This document shows, in pieces, positions 9,958 through 18,748 of a stretch of 32,000 bases of DNA (position 1 is its first letter; every line of letters begins with the position of its first letter). The DNA is from Candidatus Heimdallarchaeota archaeon. GTDB lineage: Archaea; Asgardarchaeota; Heimdallarchaeia; Heimdallarchaeales; Kariarchaeaceae. Location of the stretch: assembly GCA_030149205.1 (NCBI GenBank), contig JASBSB010000007.1:240001-272000 (forward strand). The letters run 5' to 3'. A program made the position numbers and the translations under genes. A model generated the notes under the pieces. It searched no databases and was not told the origin of the DNA. It saw nothing but the letters and a program-made list of their open reading frames with translations.

Positions 9958-10010
9958 TGTGAGTTTCTGTTATACTCGAGATATTTTAAGTAATTGAAGA
10001 GGGGGTTCTT

Positions 10011-10232
10011 TCAAAGTAAAGGTTTGTTGGTTGTAAATCTCAGAGCAAGGTATAACAAAGATAAATAAAATAAATTGTTTAAAACTAAGGAAATTTTTTC
10101 ATTCCTCTTTAGTGAAAAAACAACATTTAAGGAAATTAAAAGAAAAACAACCGAGATTAATACAAAAGAATATTTAGAAATAAACACAATTAATGAAAAA
10201 ACAAGATCTATGAGTAGATTAAAGAATACCAT
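10011..10232 (-). CDS. Small hydrophobic membrane protein
   Basis: 73-aa ORF with two hydrophobic stretches, 26 nt downstream of and co-oriented with the HerA-like ATPase gene. Confidence 0.55.
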   Translation of the reverse strand: MVFFNLLIDLVFSLIVFISKYSFVLISVVFLLISLNVVFSLKRNEKISLVLNNLFYLSLLYLALRFTTNKPLL

Positions 10233-10258
10233 GATAAAATTAATCCTGAATTAATTAT

Positions 10259-12769
10259 TTAAACGTCTACAACTGGTGAGGATACTAAGTCAGAAATCAC
10301 AGACTTATCCAATATTTGAAATATTGTGATTATGTTTGAAACGAATTTATTTCCTTTGTCGAAATTAAAGATTTTATATTCATTTACACCCAAAGATTTT
10401 GAAATACCCTGTAAGTCAATGATGACAAACAAATTAAAAATAATAAAGAGAGAAATAAACTTCAGTCTTTTAAGGTTGAATTGAGCAATATACCTCTTTT
10501 CAGAATAAAACTTTAGAATTTTCTCTGGGAGTTTGCTTAAAATTTGAACATCAATTATGTTTGGAGCGGGTGAATAAAAGTCTATGAAATCTTGAAAAAT
10601 GTTTTGCAAGGCTAATTTTTCAACTAAATTAGATCTAAAAAGCTCTGTTCCCTGAGCAGGAATTAAGCTCTCAAAATAAATATGAGACAAAACCTTATTT
10701 GAGACTTTAAATTCAGGAAGTAATTCCATTTTATCAAACTCAATGGAAGGAGAATTTAAACTATAACGATTGTCGAATTTAGTAACACTAGTTCGCATTA
10801 GAACTGGAGAAAAACCAAAAGATTTGAACTTAGCAACGGCGTGGAAATTGGGAAGGGTGGGAAGAATTGTAGACTGATCGTTGGTTAAACCAAGAATAGA
10901 GCCTATGAATTTATCATCAGTTCTAAATTGAACAAAAAAACCAACATTTTTCATAACTGAACTAAAGGACTCTACAGAAGTACCTGTAGCTATAACAGAA
11001 ATTCCTTTATACCGTAATGTTAGAACTGTTTCTTCCAGCTTTGAAAAATCATCAGAGACCTTGGAAGATGGGAAAAGATGTTGACTCTCATCTAAAAATA
11101 GAACGTGATTTAAATTAAACTTGTTTGTTTTATTCAAATCAAATCTGCTATAAGAAAGAACCAAAAGATTAACAATTACATCAATTAGAAACCTTACGTA
11201 TTTCAATGGGGATCGTTGAGCAATCAAAGAAAAGTCAAAAAAAACATTATTATTTCTGATTAAATCTGGAGTAAAGTTTGAACTAGAGGACCAAAAAATA
11301 TCCTTAAAGGAGGTTTGTAACCATTTTAACTTTGAAATCAAAGAAATCGAAGAGTTATTTTGATTGTTTGTGACCAACCTTTCTTTAGTAATGCCAACCT
11401 TTAATATGTTTTGAAAAAATACTGAGATGTCTCCATCATTTGTTACAGTAAATTGCAAAGCATCAAAAAGGATCTCTTTTTGAATAGAACTTAAATCTCC
11501 ATCAGAAAGAGTTGTAATAAATAATTGAAAAAGAAAATCAATATGCTCTTCTTTAGAGGTAGTGGGTGGAATTTCAAATAGATTGATGGAGAGATTTACT
11601 TTAGGTGTAAATAATACCCCTGAGTTTTGAAAGAACGGAATTTTAAAAGCATCTCCCTTCAAATCAAAATCAATAATCTTTATACCGGATATAATCATTT
11701 GTTTCATAATAGAAAGTCTAAGGTTAGTCTTACCAGATCCTATAGATCCAGATATAACACCCCCTTGATTAAAATCTTCCAAAGGACAATAAATCTCACG
11801 TTTTTGTGTGTCTGTGAGTTGTCTAAGATAGTTTCCTAAATAGACGTCTGATTTTAATAAATTACGGTTAAGTGGTATTTGGTGATTTGCTGATTGAAAA
11901 TTAAGCGTTGCAGAACTTAAAGAACCAAAGAGTTTTGGGATCTCAACCAAAGGAGAAATCAAATTAGGATGTAAGGTAAATGATCTAGTTCGCTTTGAAA
12001 TTTTGACGTTTTGAGCAACGCTTTGAAGGCTAAGGAGTGAAATATCTTTGTCGTGCTTTGAATTATAGAGAACTTTAAAGGAGTATGTGATTTGTTTCTT
12101 TTTCGACTTAAAATTCACCTCATAACAAATACTATTTTCTTGAGCTTCTATCACCTTCTCTATATGTAAATTTAGTTCACAGAGAGAAACTGGTGAATTA
12201 TGAAAGTCAACCCCTCTTGAATACCTCGGAAATTTTGGTTGTTTGACATAAGTAAAATTAACATTGCACAAATTAAAAATATAGCCAACCGTTGATTCCA
12301 GGTGCCTTGTTCTATAAGGAATCAACCAACTTGAAAATGTGAACATCACAAAAAAGGATTTCTTACCCTGAAAGGTTGAAAAAAAATACGTAAGGTTAAC
12401 ATTCTTAGTATTTAATAACCAACGAGTGATTTTTTTATCTTCGTATCCTTGGGTCTGATCAACTTTGACCCAAATATTCATTTTCCATTTCCATGTGATC
12501 GGATTTAACTGAATACTATGTCCGATCTTGGACCAAGGTAACTTAAATTGGAAAAAATAAAAAAAGAGAATCAAGGGAAATATCGAAATTAAATAGGGAA
12601 TAATCATCTGAAATAGACTAAGAGTAAGAATAAAGAATTCATTAATTTTTATGTCATTTATAAATATCACAAAGGCGTAAAACATGATAAGAAATTTTAA
12701 TAACATACGGATTTCTTTTCTTATGTTTTTATCTTGTGTATAATTAAATTTCGAGTTTCTATGTTTCAT
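10259..12769 (-). CDS. Membrane-anchored HerA/VirB4/FtsK-like (DUF87-type) ATPase
   Basis: Two N-terminal hydrophobic segments; VYLG...GGVISGSIGSGKT (Walker A), IIDFDLKGD, VLFLDESQHLF (Walker B), LRYKGISVIATG. Confidence 0.8.
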   Translation of the reverse strand: MKHRNSKFNYTQDKNIRKEIRMLLKFLIMFYAFVIFINDIKINEFFILTLSLFQMIIPYLISIFPLILFFYFFQFKLPWSKIGHSIQLNPITWKWKMNIWVKVDQTQGYEDKKITRWLLNTKNVNLTYFFSTFQGKKSFFVMFTFSSWLIPYRTRHLESTVGYIFNLCNVNFTYVKQPKFPRYSRGVDFHNSPVSLCELNLHIEKVIEAQENSICYEVNFKSKKKQITYSFKVLYNSKHDKDISLLSLQSVAQNVKISKRTRSFTLHPNLISPLVEIPKLFGSLSSATLNFQSANHQIPLNRNLLKSDVYLGNYLRQLTDTQKREIYCPLEDFNQGGVISGSIGSGKTNLRLSIMKQMIISGIKIIDFDLKGDAFKIPFFQNSGVLFTPKVNLSINLFEIPPTTSKEEHIDFLFQLFITTLSDGDLSSIQKEILFDALQFTVTNDGDISVFFQNILKVGITKERLVTNNQNNSSISLISKLKWLQTSFKDIFWSSSSNFTPDLIRNNNVFFDFSLIAQRSPLKYVRFLIDVIVNLLVLSYSRFDLNKTNKFNLNHVLFLDESQHLFPSSKVSDDFSKLEETVLTLRYKGISVIATGTSVESFSSVMKNVGFFVQFRTDDKFIGSILGLTNDQSTILPTLPNFHAVAKFKSFGFSPVLMRTSVTKFDNRYSLNSPSIEFDKMELLPEFKVSNKVLSHIYFESLIPAQGTELFRSNLVEKLALQNIFQDFIDFYSPAPNIIDVQILSKLPEKILKFYSEKRYIAQFNLKRLKFISLFIIFNLFVIIDLQGISKSLGVNEYKIFNFDKGNKFVSNIITIFQILDKSVISDLVSSPVVDV

Positions 12770-12812
12770 TGTATATATTTGAAAGTTTCATATAAAAATC
12801 ACTAAGAATGAG

Positions 12813-12826
12813 GTTCCAAAAGAAAC
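12813..12826 (+). promoter_or_regulatory. Possible ORB/mini-ORB element
   Basis: GTTCCAAAAGAAAC resembles the ORB core GTTCCAGTGGAAAC and lies in the AT-rich divergent gap upstream of cdc6 paralog B; single copy only. Confidence 0.35.
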
Positions 12827-12912
12827 ATCCGAAATATTCGACACATAGGTGCGTCATAAGGTCAAAGTTTTTTATTGAGAAAATTATCAAACGTTAGGTT
12901 TAGGTGGTTTAA

Positions 12913-14130
12913 ATTTCAGAACAATTTTCTATTGATGATATATTTGATCGATTTGCCCAACCAAAGTTTCAAATCTTTAAGGATAGGAATCTATTGAGGT
13001 CAAGTTATGTCCCAGATTCATTACCATATCGAGAAAAAGAAATGAAACAGCTTGCAAGCATTGTTGGACCTGTCATTGCAGGAGGATTTCCCAGCAATGC
13101 TTTCTTGTATGGAAAAACGGGGCTAGGGAAAACAGCAATTACTCAGAAAGTCTTGAATGCATTAGAAAAAAAAGTAAAGGAAATTGGTCGTAAGGTCGAG
13201 ATAGCATATATAAATTGTCAATTAATAGATACTACTTATCGAGTATACGCACATTTATGTGAGGCTATTGGGATTGAAGTCCCTATTACTGGTTTGCCAA
13301 CAGATGAGGTAATATCAAAATTTACAAAAAATCTTGATCTAAAAAAAATGCATCTGGTTGTTGTATTAGATGAGGTAGATTTTCTACAAAAGAAGGATTC
13401 TAAAACACTTTATGGATTAACAAGGATTAATTCCTCCTTAATGAATTCCAGTTTGTCATTAATTGGGATAACAAATGATGTGATGTTCAAACAGACAATT
13501 GATTCCAGAGTTAGAAGTACTTTAACTGAACAAGAGATAGTTTTCCTTCCATATGATTCAACACAAATTAAGAAAATCATTCAAAATAGGGCTGAGCTAG
13601 CTATGAATCCTGGAGTTCTAGACCCTTCTGCGATTAATCGTGTTGCTGCTATAGCAAGCCAAGAACATGGTGATGCTCGAAGGGCTCTTGATCTTCTAAG
13701 GGTAGCTGGAGAGATTGTTGAAAGAGAAGGAGAATCAAAAATATTGGATGAACATGTTAGACAGGCAGAGAAAATTATTGAGGTTGACGCAGTCACAGAG
13801 GTATTAAGCTCTTTACCGATACAATCTAAGGCTGTAGTAATCGCCTTGTATTTTCTTGAAATTGATAGGTCACCACGGGATGTTATAAACACTACAATAT
13901 TATATCAGAAGTATGACGAGGTTTGTAAATCTCTCCACATAGATCCATTGACCCAGAGAAGGGTGGGAGATTTGATTAATGAATTGGATCTACTTGGAAT
14001 GGCTAAAGCATCAGTGATCAGCAAGGGTAGATATGGAAGATCCAAATTAATTCAATTAACAGTTCAACCAGTTCAAATTAAACGTACACTCTCAAAAGAC
14101 TCAAGTGTATCTTTCTTATTTGAAATCTAA
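12913..14130 (+). CDS. cdc6: Orc1/Cdc6 replication initiator (paralog B, Orc1-1-like); probable ATT start at 12913 (ORF track uses TTG 12994)
   Basis: Walker A GKTGLGKT, VVVLDEVD, GDARRALDLL, LTQRRVGDLINELDLLG...SKGRYGR recognition-helix/wing motif; upstream in-frame IDDIFDRF..IFKDRNLL matches the Cdc6 N-terminus. Confidence 0.95.
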   Translation: MSEQFSIDDIFDRFAQPKFQIFKDRNLLRSSYVPDSLPYREKEMKQLASIVGPVIAGGFPSNAFLYGKTGLGKTAITQKVLNALEKKVKEIGRKVEIAYINCQLIDTTYRVYAHLCEAIGIEVPITGLPTDEVISKFTKNLDLKKMHLVVVLDEVDFLQKKDSKTLYGLTRINSSLMNSSLSLIGITNDVMFKQTIDSRVRSTLTEQEIVFLPYDSTQIKKIIQNRAELAMNPGVLDPSAINRVAAIASQEHGDARRALDLLRVAGEIVEREGESKILDEHVRQAEKIIEVDAVTEVLSSLPIQSKAVVIALYFLEIDRSPRDVINTTILYQKYDEVCKSLHIDPLTQRRVGDLINELDLLGMAKASVISKGRYGRSKLIQLTVQPVQIKRTLSKDSSVSFLFEI

Positions 14131-14744
14131 TGATAACTATTTTAATTTATGAAGCACGAGTATCACTACTAAATGATTTTGTCAACCACAAGAAGAATTT
14201 CAATAGAAAACAACATAGAGTTCCATTGCTTGATGCATCAATTCATCAACATTTAGTAAAGGACATACCCAAAGAACTTCGATATGATAGGCCAGATATT
14301 CTTCATTTTGGGTTGCTCACAATTTTAAGTTACCTTCCTGCATTGAATAATGAAAGTGTGAAAATTTATTTTTCTGTAAAAGGGAATATTTATGAAGTTC
14401 TTCCAGAAACTAGACTTCCGAGGGCCCAACAAAGATTTTATAATATAATATCACAAGTTCTTCAAGGGACTTATAAATTAAAATTCATTCGAAAAGTTAC
14501 TACAACATATGATGAACTGTTAATTGGTGAAAGAATCTACTTTACAAAATCAGGACAACAGTCATTAACTAAAGCCAAAGACCTCTTTTCTTTTGACAAA
14601 GATTATTCGTTAATTTTTGGGGGCCATGCGCATGGAACAACTGAAATCAAAGAATTTAATATCCATAAGACTGTAAAACTCTCAGAACAATCTTTAACTT
14701 TGTGGACTTCGATTAGTTTAGTTTTCTGTAAATTTCTTCACTAA
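14130..14744 (+). CDS. nep1: 16S rRNA pseudouridine N1-methyltransferase Nep1/Emg1 (SPOUT)
   Basis: RPDILHFGLL, ETRLPRAQQRFYNII, IFGGHAHG; TAATG overlap with the cdc6 stop. Confidence 0.85.
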   Translation: MITILIYEARVSLLNDFVNHKKNFNRKQHRVPLLDASIHQHLVKDIPKELRYDRPDILHFGLLTILSYLPALNNESVKIYFSVKGNIYEVLPETRLPRAQQRFYNIISQVLQGTYKLKFIRKVTTTYDELLIGERIYFTKSGQQSLTKAKDLFSFDKDYSLIFGGHAHGTTEIKEFNIHKTVKLSEQSLTLWTSISLVFCKFLH

Positions 14745-15112
14745 TTGGCGCCAAATTTGCCACCTGCATTCAATTTGTTTAAACAGAACATTGAAATTTG
14801 ACATTTAAAATAAATTAAAACATTTATTAAAATATCAAGAATAGGCTCTAACGGGTGCTATTAGCTAATTATGTTAATAAAAAAGAATTATTTTTGGAAT
14901 TCACACCGGTGTTTCGATTTTCGTATCAAAATTTGGGTTTTTGACTCTTCCTCGAATCGTTCTAAACGTTGGTCTAACCTTCATCATTTATAAGATTTAA
15001 AAAAAATGCATTTGTGTGTCTTGTAAGGAAAGAATTTGTGATAATTAAAAACTAATTTACGTTCTAACGTATCTTCAATACACTAAACAAGTTTCGCGGT
15101 GTACAAATGCGC

Positions 15113-15135
15113 GACTAAGTATATATTAATAAAAG
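15113..15135 (+). promoter_or_regulatory. Probable BRE/TATA promoter of the 23S precursor
   Basis: ACTAAGTATATATTAATAAAAG lies about 25-30 nt before a run of hairpins that leads into the processing stem. Confidence 0.45.
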
Positions 15136-15370
15136 AACATTATCTCATAAGATTTGTCGATGTTTTAACATCAACAAGTTTTCTACGGAAAACAAAGCCA
15201 GAAAATAAGCAATTTTCTGATATCTATGTGAAGTCTTTAATAAAGACTTTCATGAACAAATAATGCATTAGAAATAATGCAACATTGATGTGCAACGAGC
15301 ATGGTTTGACATGTGAGCCATCACTTCAATCAAAAAAAATTACGACGGATTTGAATGAAGAATCACAAAT

Positions 15371-15454
15371 AATTTGACTTGGTCAAATTCTCATCGAATG
15401 CTGGGAAAACCAAATGGTTAAAAAGACAACGTGCGGATATTATGACATATCCTG
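15371..15454 (+). other. 5' arm of the 23S pre-rRNA processing stem
   Basis: 15371-15384 AATTTGACTTGGTC is the exact reverse complement of 18733-18746; 15411-15419 pairs with 18712-18720; 15431-15454 pairs with 18686-18709 with 3-nt bulges (BHB-like). Confidence 0.85.
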
Positions 15455-15464
15455 GAAAGACAGA

Positions 15465-18400
15465 GTCTGCCAAACGGCAATTGGTGGATGCCTCGGCTGG
15501 TTAACCGATGAAGGGCGTGGCAAGCTGCGAAATGCGTAGGGTAGGTGCAGGCAACCTTCGATCCTACGATCCCCTAATGAGAATCTCTTGTACATTCAAC
15601 ATGTGTACAAAACCCGAAAGGGTAGGGAACCCACGGAACGAAAACATTCAAGTACGTGGAGGAAAAGAAAGCAATAGCTATTTCCTTAGTAATGGCGAAT
15701 AAAAGGGAAACAGGTCAAACCGAATGCCTTTGTGAAAACAAAGGTACATGTGGTGTTGTGGACCAAAATAAAGGTGTAAAAGGCTAATCTGAAGTAGACT
15801 GGAACGTCTCGCAAGATAGGGTGAAAGCCCCGTAAGAGTAAACCTTACATCTGTTTGGGATCCTGACTAGGGCGGATTGGATGTTCCGTCCAAACTCGAG
15901 AACTAACTCGAAAACCTAAATATTAAACCAGACCGATAGCAAACTAGTAATGTGAATAAAAGGTGAAAAGTGGCGGTAAAACGCTTATGAAAAGTGCCTG
16001 AAACCAATTGTCTAAATAGTGTAATAGTATGTAAGGAATTACGCTTCATGAATCCAAATTTGGCGACAAATAGTCGAGAATGAAGAGAGACCAGTACTAT
16101 TGCGTCAGTCTTGAAACACTGGCCAGGGAGTTTATTTGAGTGGTGAGGCTAAGGTGATATTGTAACCGTAGGGAAACCAATCAGCCCGCAGCAATTGCAA
16201 GGGGCAACGTGTGAAAGCGCGTGAAATCACTCGAATAAGATGCGAAAGGTGCCGATCTATGCGTGACCAGGTTGAAGTCGTGGGAAACTGCGATGGAGGA
16301 CCGAAGAGGTATTGATATACAACTCATTCTTCTGAGTTGCGTATAGTGGTCAAAGGCCAATCGAGGCGCCTGATAGCACATTCATGCAGAAGTGGAGCCG
16401 CAGTCCAGCGTAGCACGAGTATGAACCGTTGGTAGAGTACAGAAAGTGTTGGAATGGGGAGTAAAATCCTCGCCGCACCATCTAACTCCGAATGACGTTT
16501 CTACTTAGACTGCTGCAGTTGGGTGTGTCGCCGTAAGGGTGGCAACCGAGAAGCGAATAAGCTAGACTTGGGTTAAGGGCCCCAAATGTTGATTAAGTGT
16601 AAAAAGCGAAGGACGTCGTATCGCAAAGACAATGAGGTGGTTGGCTTAGAAGTAGCAATCCACTAACAAAAGTGTAACAACTTACTCATCGAGCGGTACG
16701 GCTCTGAAAATGGACGGGGCTAAAATCAACTCCCGATACCCAAGGGCACTATCTTCGTATAGTGATCCGGTATGCATGCGATTGGCGAGGATAGAAGTGG
16801 GTTAGTGATAACCTGTGGACCTCGTTAATGTGTAGATCCTGGTAGTAGTAGGCAGATTTATGGGTGAGAATCCCATAGGTCGAAAAGGCTAGGGTTCCTG
16901 AACAATGTACATCAGTTCAGGGTTAGTCGATCCTAAGAGTAACCTTAATACGGTCAACTCAAAAGGGAAACAGGTTAATATTCCTGTACCACGTGTTAAA
17001 ACGGCAACGATAGAATAAGATCAGACGCTTGTGGATAGGCGATCTTAGTTACTAAGTTAAGTGTATAACTCCGACGAGTAGTGTTGCACTGAGAATCGGA
17101 AGAAATCACAAATAGGAGCCGCCATGGTTCTATCGTTAATTTCCAAAAGCCCATGAAAATGATCTTATTTATTATAGCACGTGTTCGTACCGAAAACCGA
17201 CACGGGTGTCCTTAGGCTGAAAAAGCTAAGACCTTTTGGAGTAATCTAGGCAAGGGAATTCGGCAAAATAGATGGGTAACCAAGGGATAACCATTGCCTT
17301 TAGCTGTTCACGCGGCCGAAGGTGTCACTAACAAAGGGATCCCGACTGTTTAACAAAAACATAGCAAACTGCGAGGGCGAAAGCCTGTGTATAGTTTGTG
17401 TATCCTGCTCAGTGCTCGTAAGTCAAATCCCCGTTCAAGGGGGCTAAGCTCGGGTTAACAGCGGGAGTAACCATGACTCTCTTAAGGTAGGCAAATGCCT
17501 AGTCGGATAATTACCGACGTCCATGAAGGGACCAACGAGGATCCCACTGTCCCTGCCTAGAATCCAGTGAACCTGCGATCCGGCGAACAGACCGGATAGC
17601 CCAGTTGGGAAGAGAAGACCCTGAGAGCTTTACTACAGCTTCCAGCTGTTTACTTGGTCACCATACAGAGCGTAGTCAGGAGCGTCGAACCAGAATCTCC
17701 GGGTTCTGGGAATGCGATAATGGAACACTGACTATGGTGATTGAGCAAACTTACCCGTTGCGACGGGGACACCTGGTGGTGGGTAGTTTTGCTGGGGCGG
17801 CAAACCTCTGATAAAGAAACAGAGGTGCCCAAAGGTCAGCTCAGGAGGGACAGAAATCCTCCGTAGAGTGCAAGGGCATAAGCTGGCTTTACCGTGAATG
17901 TACCAATAGCGTTCGCGGTTACGAAAGTAGGGCCTAGCGATCCATCCGATTGTCCTTAGTAGACGCGGGTGGTGACAGAAAAGTTACCTCAGGGGTAACA
18001 GAGTTGTCGTGCGTTAGAGTTCCCAATCACTTTGGAATTCTAAATTAATTCTTATTGAACCACACTTCACACATGTTGTAAAGTAATTTATAGGGTCTTC
18101 TTCAGTCCACGATCTTAATAGAATAACCCATATACTATTCGATGATTAAGATTTGGCCTGAACTCTAGCTTTCCTTAAAAAGTAGCTGTAAGAATCAAAG
18201 TGATGAACACATTGACCGCACGGCTTGCTTCCTCGATGTCGGCTCTTCCTCGTTTGGTGTTGCATAAGGCACCAGGAATAGGGTTGTTCGCCCGTTAAAA
18301 GGGAACGTGAGCTGGGTTCAGACCGTTGTGAGACAGGTTGGTTTCTATCTAACTGGGCTGTCGGGTAAGTGTAAGTAAAGTGCCATCAGTACGAGAGGAA

Positions 18401-18685
18401 CGTGGTGTTGTGGCCTCTGGTGTATCGGTTGTCAAAAGGCATTGCCGAGTAGCTACGCCATCTCAGATAAGAGCTGAATGCATCTAAGCTCGAAGCTGAT
18501 CTTAAAAAGACTTACCCACCCTGAAATCATAAAGAATTTTCTTTACCGAGTGTTGGCAACAATGATCGGTGATTTTGGGCGAGTCCATGGGCAAAAGACC
18601 CGTTTGCAATGAATGCGGTGTTAGCGTCGAGTATTTACGAGATGTTTAGCCGACATTTAATTACGGACAAGGCGCTTTGTTGGAA
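15465..18685 (+). rRNA. rrl: 23S rRNA (ends approximate), interrupted by an intron at 18025-18210
   Basis: GGTGGATGCCTCGGCT 5' region; H69 GTAACCATGACTCTCTTAAGGTAG; P-loop GCTGGGGCGG; PTC TAACAG and CCTCGATGTCGGCTC; A-loop; sarcin-ricin loop AGTACGAGAGGAAC. Confidence 0.97.
18025..18210 (+). other. 186-nt archaeal BHB intron in 23S helix 89 loop (between E. coli-equivalent 2477 and 2478)
   Basis: GTTC(18019-22) pairs with GAAC(18205-08); 3-nt bulges CCA and ACA; inner stem ATCACTTTG/CAAAGTGAT. Removal restores GAGTTCCCATTGAC, colinear with E. coli GAGTTCATATCGAC. Confidence 0.9.
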
Positions 18686-18746
18686 CAGGACATGTTGTAT
18701 CTAAAGCACCAAACCATTTGTGCATTCCATGAGACCAAGTCAAATT
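18686..18746 (+). other. 3' arm of the 23S pre-rRNA processing stem
   Basis: Complementary to 15371-15454 as described for the 5' arm. Confidence 0.85.
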
Positions 18747-18748
18747 TT

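Noticed and set aside
8734-14130. cdc6-ATPase block as an intact integrated mobile element
   Set aside because: No integrase, relaxase, att-like direct repeat or obvious composition boundary seen; the flanks are core genes.
14930-14987. Minus-strand perfect C box ATGATGA at 14981-14987
   Set aside because: No CTGA-type D or D' box at suitable spacing and no terminal stem.
14745-15110. AT-rich gap as a 16S/5S remnant, CRISPR array or second origin
   Set aside because: No rRNA signature, no regularly spaced direct repeats, and only a partial TTCCAAAA match to the ORB-like motif.
15508-17832. Short ORFs at 15508, 16181, 17605 and 17650
   Set aside because: They lie inside the 23S rRNA and are chance reading frames.
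18015-18143. Antisense open stretch in the 23S intron reading ...WTEEDPINYFTTCVKCGSIRINL...
   Set aside because: About 43 codons, no in-frame ATG, a single CxxC, antisense to rRNA, and no LAGLIDADG or HNH motif. It is treated as chance, so there is no evidence for a homing endonuclease.
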